64,000 nt of DNA from Octopus vulgaris (lineage: Eukaryota): NCBI GenBank assembly GCA_951406725.2, contig OX597819.1, positions 50,220,001 to 50,284,000 of the forward strand, in the 5' to 3' direction. A program made the position numbers and the translations under genes. Below, piece after piece: positions 53,372 to 64,000 of this stretch (position 1 is its first letter; every line of letters starts with the position of its first letter). The notes below the pieces were generated by a model, which saw only the letters and a program-made list of their open reading frames with translations, searched no databases and had not been told where the DNA came from.

Positions 53372-53731
53372 GCGGCGTTGGCGGTAGTGGTGGTAGTGGG
53401 CTGAAAATTTGAGGAAGGGAGCTAGTCGATTCCTTCGACCCCAGCAGTTGACTAGTACCTTATTATTATCGAGCTCGGATGGATGAAAGACAAAGTTGAC
53501 CTCGGAGGAATTTGAATTCGGAACGTAAATTACAATGTGTTGAACTGGAATATCAGCGAAATAAGGAAGATTGACAAGAACATCCGTAAGCTGCTGACTT
53601 GTAATAAGATGCACCGCCCAAAGGTAGACGTAGATCGTCTTTACTTTCCCAAAGATCAAGGAACACTTGGAATGATCAGAAGTCGAGGCTTGATCCAATT
53701 TGAAATCTCTTACCAATCCACCACAGTTGGA

Positions 53732-53962
53732 TTACTCGTTTACTCTTTTACTTGTTTCGGTCATCTGACTGTGGCCATGCTGGAGTACCGCCTTTAGTCG
53801 AGCCAAAAAACCCAGGACTTATTCTTTGTAAGCCTATTACTTATTCTATCGGCCTCTTTTGCCGAACCGCTAGGTTACAGGGACGTAAACACATCAGCAT
53901 CGGTTGTCAAGCGATGTTGGGGGGGGGATAAACACAGACACATAAGCATCTACACACACACT

Positions 53963-54033
<71 letters not shown>

Positions 54034-54195
54034 GACAGGCTTCTTTCAGTTTCCGTCTACCAAATCCACTCACAAGGCTTTGATCGGCCCGAGGCTATAG
54101 TAGAAGACACTTACCCAAGGTGACACGCAGTGGGACTGAACCCGGAACCATGTGGTTCGTAAGCAAGCTACTTACCACATAGACACTCCCACGTC
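53732..54195 (-). mobile_element. SINE family B, full length, nested in the LINE
   Basis: Head GACGTGGGAGTGTCTATGTGGTAAG through tail GAAACAAGTAAAAGAGTAAA. Confidence 0.92.
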
Positions 54196-54211
54196 TAAAG
54201 AATAGAAAGAC

Positions 54212-54331
54212 GTTTACAGCACCTAGATTTCCCAAGTGGTCACCCATTTAAGTACTTACTAGGCTCGACGCTGCTTAACTTCGGTGATCGGACGAGAACC
54301 GGTGTTTTCAAAGTGATATGACCATTGAAGC
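54212..54331 (-). rRNA. 5S rRNA full-length copy, probably a pseudogene
   Basis: Minus strand GCTTCAATGGTCATATCACTTTGAAAACACCGGTTCTCGTCCGATCACCGAAGTTAAGCAGCGTCGAGCCTAGTAAGTACTTAAATGGGTGACCACTTGGGAAATCTAGGTGCTGTAAAC matches the invertebrate 5S consensus, with substitutions in helix I and box C. Solitary copy. Confidence 0.92.
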
Positions 54332-55757
54332 ATTTAACGACTGGATTCTAAAACTCGCTGAAAACACGAAAGACGTAAGAAGCTTTATTCTGTCATGAAG
54401 GAGAGCAAAAAAGTTGCTAGTGAGTTCATGCATAATACCTAGGTTGAACAACATGATAGAAGTGCGGCAACTATTGTTGTAAAGAAGGTGAAATCAATGG
54501 CAAAGCAAAATGCATTTGAATAATTGGCTCATAGGTGGAAACAAAAACCTCTCCATGGCAAATATGTAACCTGTAGCTAACAAGCTGATGCAGACCAAAT
54601 GCACACCCATCAGTGGCTATGGAGCTCAGAGCTAAATGTAGAGAGCAAATGCTTTATCTTAGCTGCTCAAGATCAGAGCTTATTGACCCTGATCTACCAA
54701 GCAAATGTGATGAAAAATGGAGTAGACCAAAAGTACCGATACTGCATCGATTGAAACAGATTGAAACAGTGGACCAATTAATCTCTGGGTGTAAGGTTTT
54801 AGCATCAGTAGAGTATAAATCAAGACATGACAGAGTTGGCCAATATCTACACTGGATAATGTGTCGGCGTTATAAAATCAAAACTGCTGACAAATGGTAC
54901 AAGCACCACTCTGAGGCAGTAACTGAAGGAGAGAATGTAACAATTCTTTAGGACCTTCCAGTACATACAGACCGGACCACCAAAGCTAATATACTAGATA
55001 TTGTTGTGAAAGACCAAAGCAATAAGATCTGTTTATTGATTGACATGAGTATACCTTGTAATTATAATATCTCGGCAAAAGAATTTGATAAGCTCAGAAA
55101 ATATAAAGATTTGCTGGTTGAAATCGCAAAAATGTGGCATATCATGACGGTTACAAAACCAATAATTGTAGGAACACTTGGAATGATCAAAAAAGGAACT
55201 GAAAATTATTCAAGGATGCTCCTTGGATTGCCATCCATACAAGAAGTGCAAAATATTGTCTTAACTGGTACGTCACACGTATTGAAAAGAGTATTATCGC
55301 TTTGAATTTTCTTTCTTTTTTTCCTCTATTTTCTGTTTTCTTTTTTCATTTAAACATTTTTTTCTTCTTTTCTTTGTCACACTGTCCTTATTCCCCCTCT
55401 TTTTCTATCACGTGACTTTGTAAACAATCTGGTGAGTTTATTTCAATAGCCTACCAATGTATACAATGAGTTTCTTTGCTCTAGTTGTTGGGAAGACACT
55501 CGGCAAGAACTGGAAACAAAATTGAAAGATGATGATGATGATGATGATGATAATAATAATAATAATGATAATAATAATAATAATAATAATAATACATTCT
55601 TTTATTGGCTACAAGGGCCGAACACAAGACAAGTAGAGACGATACATTACAAGGGACAAGTAGGGTATTGAGCAATACCGTGTGTACAATAAGCAATAAA
55701 AACAACAACGACAATAACAACAACAACAACAACAACAACGACAACGACGACGATGAC

Positions 55758-55820
<63 letters not shown>

Positions 55821-55842
55821 AATAATAATAATAATAATAGAA

Positions 55843-56213
55843 GACTAAAACAATACCTGTTGTCATAGGTGCCCTGGGAATGATAGCGAAAGGGACTGAT
55901 TGCTACCTAACTCAGATACCAGGAAACCCCAAAATGGCAGAAATTCAAAAGATAGAGCTCATGGGAACTGCTCATATCCTACGCAAAATACTCTCTATGT
56001 AATCCCAAGGTTTAAAACAAACTTTTTTTTTATTTTTATTTTTTAAAATTTTATTTTATTTTATTTATTATTTTTTTTATGTATTAGACATTCACTAGTA
56101 CAACACCCCCCGCCCCAATATATGGCACAGAACTTTCAACCTGTTGTCTCTTGAGGTCTCTGGGTGAGACTTGGAGCCAACTTGTACAGACATGAAGCAA
56201 AAGTCAAACATAG
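55843..56213 (+). mobile_element. 3' stub of a third R4/Dong-type LINE in (TAA)n
   Basis: KTIPVVIGALGMIAKG...GTAHILRKILSM* (stop 56000-56002) is homologous to the C-termini at 10312..10824 and 55006..55305; (AAT)n on both sides. Confidence 0.88.
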
Positions 56214-56476
56214 AATAATAATAATAATAAGTATTTTCTTTTTTACTGATTTTCAGTTTTATGATAACATCCATTGGGCAGTTAATTTCCGCAATTGTAC
56301 TCTTCTCTATCCCAGATCGTTATATCATGTCTGTTGGTGCTTACATTTTATTAAGGTTTTCACTGGGATATTCCACCAAAACTCCGTTTTATTATGAGTG
56401 GCTATGGCAGATTTCATTAAATAGTGTCCTATCGGTAGATAATACCATGGTGACATTTTCGGTCAACTACTTATGA

Positions 56477-56750
56477 TGTGGGAGGCACATGGCCTAATGG
56501 TTAGAGCAGCGGACTCGCGGTCGAGGGATCGCGGGTTGGAATCTCAGACCGGGCGATGTGTGTGTTTATGAGCGAAACACCTAAGCTCCACGCGGCTATG
56601 GCAGAAGGTAATAGCGAACTTCTGCTGACTCTTTCGCCACAACTTTCTCTCACTCTTTCCTCCTGCATCTTGCAGCTCACCTACGACGGACCGGCGTCCC
56701 GTCCAGGTGGGGAACCTATACGTCGAGGAAACCGGAAAACCGTATTTTAT
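56477..56750 (+). mobile_element. tRNA-derived SINE related to family C (different middle, same tail as the 28262 copy)
   Basis: TGGCCTAATGGTTAGAGC..GGTTGGAATCTC head; GGCGTCCCGTCCAGGTGGGGAA..GAAACCGG tail. Confidence 0.82.
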
Positions 56751-56844
56751 GGCGCACAAGATGCCCCACAATTTCGGCAGCACATATTCAGAAAATTATA
56801 AATGTTTAAGTGCATAATTTTTCCGAGATACATTTTGGGAACAT

Positions 56845-57050
56845 AAGTAAGCCAGAAAGTTTGGGGAAGAAGATTATCGATTACATTGATCTCTTAGCCT
56901 TTCATCATATTAGGGGTCTTATTTTATAGATCCTAGCAGAATAAAAGGCTAAGTCGGTCACGGCAAAATTTGAGCTCAGAATATAAAGACGGACGAAATG
57001 CCGCTTAGCATTTTTTCCGGCGCGCAAACGATTCTGCCAGCTCACCGCTT
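56845..57050 (-). mobile_element. SINE family A, diverged
   Basis: GACGGACGAAATGCCGCTTAGCATTT..AACGATTCTGCCAGCTC. Confidence 0.75.
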
Positions 57051-57456
57051 TAGAAAACTGAACGCTGTAATCTGGTACGATACTCCAGCTTTTGAAAGCA
57101 GTCCTAAAACGCCATAAAAATGTAACAATAAGGATAATCTGAGTTAAAAAATAATTGCAGCCTTTTGGCATTTATTGTTAAAGCCTTAAGGTAATTTTTT
57201 AAGAATTTGAGTTGATTTTGGGAAGATGGTATGCGTAAGAACCGAGAATACTACCAACATATATATATATTCATATACACTCGCACGCTGGCATTGAGGC
57301 ACACACTCACGCATGCACATACACGAGCGCACGCACACATTCATGCAGAGAAATATACCGTCACAACTATACACCCATCAAACACAGGAACATTATGTGT
57401 ATGCTTGTATATATATATATATATATATACACAATATATATGTATATATGTATATA

Positions 57457-57504
<48 letters not shown>

Positions 57505-58602
57505 TATATATGTATGTATGTATATATGCATATATATATATGTGTGTGTGTGTATATATGTATGTATATTTACGTATATATGAATATATACGTATGCATG
57601 TATGCATGCACACACACACACAAATATTTATATATACAAACACACACACACACATATTCATTTAGTGGTGTAATTTAGAAAAGGATCGCTCAAATTTTAG
57701 AAGTGTGCGATGGAAGGGAAAATTATCTACAATTTTAACTTGTCTTTCGTGTATTATATGTGTAAATGAAAAAAAATTCTTCCAAAATGATTTTAATATT
57801 TGCTTTGTTTCTTTTTTCATGAAGTAGATTTCATAAGTTTCTGGTGTGCATAAGTTACATGTTTTGTTTGTATTTGTTTTCGTTCTATTAATAAATTCTA
57901 GAGAAGATATTCCATTTTACATCATATTGATTTTTATATTTTCAAATCCTAAACTAAAGTAGATTGTAAAATGTCTTTGCTGCTTTATTTTTGCAAGTTT
58001 CCATTTGTCCATAATTGCAAAATTTATAGGGATTTTAAGTCAGTTACATTCATACATGTTTATATATCCCTATATACATATATATCCCTATATATATCCC
58101 ATATATCCCTACATATATATATATAAAATCGTGCAGAATACCTATATGTGTGTATGTATGTATGGATGGATGTATAGGATGCTAACACCTCTGTAATGAC
58201 CCACTTGAACGTGAAACTATCTTAACTAGCTTTTTGGGTAGATATATTCCCACAAGTTTGGTTATCTCAGCTGAATGAATAAGCTCTAATGGGATACAAG
58301 ATGATATTTTTAATCCCTAAAGTGTTGTCGCTTTTCGTAATGGATTTACTTGCAAACATCAAGAAATGTTAGTAATAATTCATGCGAAATTCAGCGCATA
58401 AATATGTTCTAGTAATAGAAGAGGAATAATCGTGAATGTCCAATTCTAAATATTTGCATTGGGTTTCATTCGGAACAGATCTAAAGGATTCTGTAATTTT
58501 GTAGCTACTGACGAACACTCGTTCGAGAAAAATAGATACATTAATCTTCACAGTCGATTATATTTCAAACCATTATATATATATATGTATATATATAGAA
58601 AC

Positions 58603-58683
<81 letters not shown>

Positions 58684-58684
58684 C

Positions 58685-58812
58685 ATTCTTTACTGCCCAC
58701 AAGGGGCTACACACAGAGGGGACAAACAAGGACAGGCAAACGGATTAAGTCGTTGAACTCAGAACGTAGCGGCAGACGAAATACCGCTAAGCATTTCGCT
58801 CGGTGTGCTAAC
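58685..58812 (-). mobile_element. SINE family A, internally deleted
   Basis: Head and tail joined at GTTCAACGACTTAATCCG with the core missing. Confidence 0.75.
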
Positions 58813-58814
58813 TA

Positions 58815-59225
58815 ACGGTTTCCATCACTTTTGAGATATTGGAAATGAAATCGGTAGATCGAAAGTTAGCAGAGTCAGGGAAGTTGTCTTGCTTGAGATG
58901 GAACACACTGAAGCATGCTTCCAAAGGCCAGGATAGATTCCTGTAGTGAGAAAGACTGAAAAGTTTGACGAGGACTTGAATCTACCCTTTGAGGATATTA
59001 GATAGGTCACTGACATGGTCGGTGGTTTTGTTAGTTTGAAGGTGGATTGGCACCTGGCGTGTATATGTAATTGAATGAGGAGACTAATAAAATGGAGAAG
59101 GTAACTTTTGGAGATTATCTGTTGAGTCTGTGCAGAATGAAGTTTGAAGCAAAAAATAAAAGGGCAGAAAATATGAAAGCTTTTTCTATTGTGTCTGGGG
59201 AGAGTCATTTTCATTTTGTGCTCAC
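58815..59225 (-). mobile_element. Decayed L2/Jockey-group LINE fragment (start of RT)
   Basis: Frameshifted EKAFIFSA, LTTGIYPGLWKHASVC and SANFRSTDFISNISKVMETV. Confidence 0.65.
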
Positions 59226-60519
59226 CGGTAAAATTTCCACTTATTCCTTATTTTTGAGTGTGTTAAATTATAAGGCACAAAAAGAAAATGACTCTCCCCA
59301 GACACAACAGATTATGCTCGAACTCGCATAAAGAATCTTGCAAACCAAATCCCAAAACGAAACTTTTTCTATAGGAGTACTACTTAAGGAACCATCCCGA
59401 TTGAGATGTGTTGCATAGTAACATTCCATAGAGTTGAGATCCTCTTGGTAAGGAACCAAAGGAGCTGGCCACTCAGTGAGATCCACTCACACTGTGCGCT
59501 ACACTGCGTCCCTGGACTTAGGTGTCCTTTATGCGTCCAAAATCGACCGGTCCTGTTTAGAATTAAATACTGGTATAACTGCCATTTAAGTGTTTTATTG
59601 GGCTTCATAATCCTGGTGGCATACATCTCCTCCCCGGGATATGGGGGCCGTTGGTTCTCAAGGAGATCATACGCCTTTGACAGGTTTTATGTTTTGATCC
59701 TACTGGATATGCACACACTCCTCCTTCTGTACGCCATCTTAAAACGCCAGAATCGCTTGGACCTCTTCAGAAATCTTGACAACATCGTAACCGCTTGAAA
59801 CAACTTTAAATCGTCCTCTCACACACAAAGACATAAATCACTCGGAACGGCCACAATCCATGTTAAAACGTCTAAAAACCACTCCCAATTTTTTGATATG
59901 TTCCAACTGTATATATAATTGTGTCAGGAGCATCAGCTTGTGTCTTCAGTCGAACAAGGATCAGTGCTGGGAACGGCGAAAGCGCGTTCTCATTTATGCA
60001 TTCATTTGCTTTATTTATTTATTTGTTGATTTATATTGTTCATCTAATAGTCAGTGGTGGTGGTGGTGGTGGTGGAGGCTGCAGCGTGGGTGGAAATGAT
60101 GGAAGGGGGGAGTAGGTGTAGGTGATGACAGTGGTGATGGCTTGCTGAGAAAAATGGCTGTTTCCTTGTGCAGTCGGTCGAGATATAGCCTGGGTGTGGT
60201 TGGCTAGCAGTAATTCTTTCAGAAGCCGCACCCACACGACCACCCCCCATCCCTCTGCCCACAAACCCAAACAGTGTAAGGCACTCGACACCTCCTTCCC
60301 ACCCCCACCCGTTACCCACTTAAGTATGAAGTCTGTAAAGGGAACAACCCACTTATTTCGCCTTGGCTGGCGTCTGTGTTGTGGAGAGGTCGATATTAGA
60401 TGGTAGTGGAACTGCATGGTCGTGTGTTGATGGCCCCAGGGCAAATAAAGTGAAAGAGGTCTGAGTCGTTGGAGATGGAACGTTTAAAAGGAATACATAA
60501 ATAAATAAATACAATGCCA

Positions 60520-60848
60520 TCAATGACAACAGCAACAACAGCAACGACGACGACGAGGACGATGACGACGGCTACAACAACAATTATAATAGCAACAACA
60601 ACAGTAACAATAATAATGATAATAATTATCATGATAATGATGATGATGATAATGATGATGATGAGGAGGAGGACGATGATAATGACTACAACAATAACAA
60701 CAACAATAATAATAATGATAATTATGATGATGATGATGATGACGATTATAACAATGATGATGATAATGATGATGATGATGATGATGACGACGACGACGAC
60801 AACAACAACAACGACAATAATGATAATAATAATGATAATGATAATGAC

Positions 60849-60925
<77 letters not shown>

Positions 60926-60988
60926 TGATGATGATGATGATGATAGTAATAATAATATTGATAATGATAATGATGGTGATAATGATGG

Positions 60989-61021
<33 letters not shown>

Positions 61022-61085
61022 CGAATGCGACAACAACAACGGCAATAATAGTAACAACAATAACAACAAACAACGAAAATGACGA
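60520..61085. repeat. Compound (AAC/GAT/AAT)n microsatellite
   Basis: Direct inspection. Confidence 0.95.
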
Positions 61086-61574
61086 TAATTTCTTTTATTT
61101 GCCACAGGGGCATCGGATGACAGGGACGTTACAAAGACAGTTTATAATTTGTGTACGAGGTTTAAGGTTAAATGATGAGTGGGGGGGAAGAAAGAGAAAA
61201 AGTAGGGGAAAATGAAGTTAAAAGAATTGTAAGAACAGTTTGAAATTTTGGTACAAGGCTACCAGTTTTGGGGTTGAAGTTTGGTCGATACCACCGACCC
61301 GAGTACTTGACTGGTACTCTATTTTATCGATCTGGGAGGGATGAAAAGTAAAGTTGACCTCGGTGGGGATCGAACCTAGTGGGATGATACTGGTGTTAAT
61401 TATTGCTTAGCTCCAAGTCAGCCATGATCGAGTAGACATATGATCAAAGGTATCCCATCCGTGGCCATTTGCTTTATTTTTCAATGTGCATAGAACTCAA
61501 GACGACATTATACAGCGTATCCTTGTCTTAGATGGTAGATATGATTGGAGGGAGATGTAGCTGTTATTTCGAGC

Positions 61575-61621
61575 CAAAGCCTTATGAGTGGATTTGGTGG
61601 ACGGAAACTGGAAGAAGCCCG

Positions 61622-61660
<39 letters not shown>

Positions 61661-61870
61661 AGTGTGTGTGTGTGTGTGTGTGAGTGTATGAGTGTCCGTG
61701 TGTATTCTCCCACCGTTTGGCAACCGGTGTTGGTTTTTTTACGTCCCTGTAACGCATCGGTTCGACAAAAGAGACCGAAAGAGTAAGTACTGGAATCGAT
61801 TTGTTATTCGACCAAAGCATTTCAACGTGATGCCCCAGCATGGCCGCAATCCTATAACCGAAACAAATAA
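61575..61870 (+). mobile_element. SINE family B, 5'-truncated
   Basis: CAAAGCCTTATGAGTGGATTTGGTGGACGGAAACTG..TGCCCCAGCATGGCCGCA. Confidence 0.82.
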
Positions 61871-62445
61871 GACATTAAAAAATTGAAAGCTAAAAACCAA
61901 AGTAAATAAGATTAGCGTTATTAATCCGGCATTATATCTTTATGTTCGATGTTTTGTCCGAAGTTCAGCTCTGATCGGAATAGCTCTTTGATTAAAAGCG
62001 TTCTAGCCGTGCCCATCCCGTCCTCCTCCATTTTTTTTTTTACAAATCTCGGGCTATATTAATTTCCTTTCTTTCTTCAAGATGGTACAGTGCGATTTTA
62101 AGGAATTTGCGTGCTATGACCATCTTGTGATAGGTTGTTATGATTGATGATGACGGTGACTAATGAATGGTGTTAATGGTAGTATATTACTGGTGATGAA
62201 GAGATATGAAGGTGACAGTCGATATGATATTAGTGAAGCTGGTGGTGACGACGGCGGCGGTAATGGTAGTGGTAGGTGATGGAGGTGGCGATGATATTGG
62301 TGGTCGTGATTGCCATGTCGATGGAGATGGTAGTAGTGGTAGTGATGGTGGTGGTGATGGTGGTGATGGTGGTGATGCTGCTGCAGCTGCAGCTGATGAT
62401 GATGATGATGATGATGATAATGATGATGACGACAATGACGACAGC

Positions 62446-62509
<64 letters not shown>

Positions 62510-62989
62510 TGATGATGATGATGATGATGGTGATGATGATGTTGATGATGAAGGCAGCGACGCAGATGGAAGGCACAGTATTTATGATGATAACGACGAG
62601 GATGACGTCGACCACGGCCACGACGACGATGATGATAATGATGATGGTGATGGTGGTGGTGGTGCAGGCGGGGCGGGGTGGAGTGACCGTGTGTTTGTTT
62701 TGGGAGTAGTAAATGCTGTTGATGCGATTAAAATAAAAAACGATGAAGAAAAAAAGTACATGAATTATAAAAGGAATAAGAAAAAAACAACAACAAAAAG
62801 CAAAAAAAAACAAAAACAAAAAGAGAGAAAGGAGCGTGTCTGAAGTGTGTGCCGCTGGGTGTGACGCCGTGAAATATTGCCTGTGTGGCACCGGTAAGAG
62901 CAAAGTGAGGTGAATGTGATGGGCTGAAGCTGGAGAGGGAGAGAGAGAGAGGGAAAGGGATGGGAGTGTAAGGAGGTGATAATGCAAGG

Positions 62990-63030
62990 GCGTGAGAAAG
63001 AGGGAGAGAGAAGGAATGAAAGAGAGAGCA

Positions 63031-63072
<42 letters not shown>

Positions 63073-63220
63073 TTTGTAGATAATAGCGGGGAGGGTAGAG
63101 AAAGATAGACAACTATGTAGATGGATAGATAAGTCGATAGATAGATAGGTCGATAGAGAGATATATAGGTTTATGGAAAGACAGATGGGTAGAGAGAGAG
63201 AGAGAGAGAGAGAAAGAGAA

Positions 63221-63265
<45 letters not shown>

Positions 63266-63515
63266 TATATGTAGATAAGCAGATGGAGGAATAAGTAGAT
63301 CGATCGATCGATAGATAGATAGTTAGATAGAAAGGCAGATATATAGATAGACAGACAGATAGGCAAATCGATTGATAGGTAGGTAGGTTTATAGAGAGAC
63401 AGATAGGTAGAGAGAGAGAGAGAGAGATGTAGGTAGGTAGGTAGGTAGATAAGCGGGTGAGTAGATAGATAGATAGATAGACAAACAGTTAGACAGATAG
63501 ATAGATAGATAGATA

Positions 63516-63546
<31 letters not shown>

Positions 63547-63767
63547 GAGAGATAGATAAAGAGATAGATAGATAGATAAATAGATAGATAGATAAGTAAC
63601 TACATAGATATATAAACAGATAGATAGATAAATAGATAGATAGAGAGATAGATAAATAGATAGATAAGTAAATAGATAGATATATAAACAGATAGATAGA
63701 TAAATAGATAAATAGATAGATAGATAAGTAAATACATAGATATATAAACAGATAGATAGATAAATAA

Positions 63768-63818
<51 letters not shown>

Positions 63819-63840
63819 TATAGATAGATGGGAGAAAGAA
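62990..63840. repeat. (AG)n/(AGAT)n purine-rich tract
   Basis: Direct inspection. Confidence 0.95.
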
Positions 63841-64000
63841 GGAAAGAATAAGCAAAAGACATGCAGGAAAGAAGTGAAAAAAAAGGAGGGAGAATGAAAT
63901 AGAAGAAAAAAGAGATGATAGTGAAGAGAGGGGTTTGGGTTAGGGTGAAAGAAAAGGTAAAGTTAGAGAAATATGGAAGGGAGGGCGTAAGGCAGGGAGA

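Larger units (their letters stand above)
53533..55528 (+). mobile_element. Decayed R4/Dong-type LINE (second family) interrupted by a SINE + 5S insert
   Basis: HRPKVDVDRLY..RGLIQ, resuming after 54331 as FNDWILKL. Then KPLHGKY, ETVDQLISGC, RHDRV, LIDMSIP..KY, stop at 55305, and a 3' UTR ending in (GAT)n(AAT)n. Confidence 0.88.

Noticed and set aside
63930-63946. Telomere-like GGGTTTGGGTTAGGG
   Set aside because: Only one TTAGGG unit; not an array.

Overview
Eukaryotic, AT-rich, microsatellite-saturated non-genic (intergenic or intronic) DNA. The SINE, 5S and intron-bearing tRNA-Lys sequences look molluscan, most likely a coleoid cephalopod (Octopus-like); this is recognition, not a search result. 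I found no host protein-coding exon, and almost all ORF-track entries are simple-repeat artefacts. Retroelements: two CR1-group LINEs (one with a complete APE+RT ORF2 broken by a single 1-bp deletion), three R4/Dong-type LINE copies associated with (TAA)n, decayed L1/Tx1, L2-like and Penelope-like fragments, and three tRNA-derived SINE families. DNA transposon derivatives: mariner, Tc1 and hAT. RNA-gene relics: a full-length 5S rRNA pseudogene directly upstream of a SINE, and an intron-containing tRNA-Lys(UUU) pseudogene. Most interesting: (i) several hammerhead-ribozyme (HHR) motifs in short non-coding elements, including a tRNA-B-box + HHR element with a 17-bp terminal inversion and a 390-bp-period HHR tandem; (ii) a ~555-nt structured element without a tRNA head, present in three copies and always flanked by (TAA)n; (iii) many near-perfect palindromes. 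All alignments and folds were done by eye; coordinates of decayed elements are approximate.
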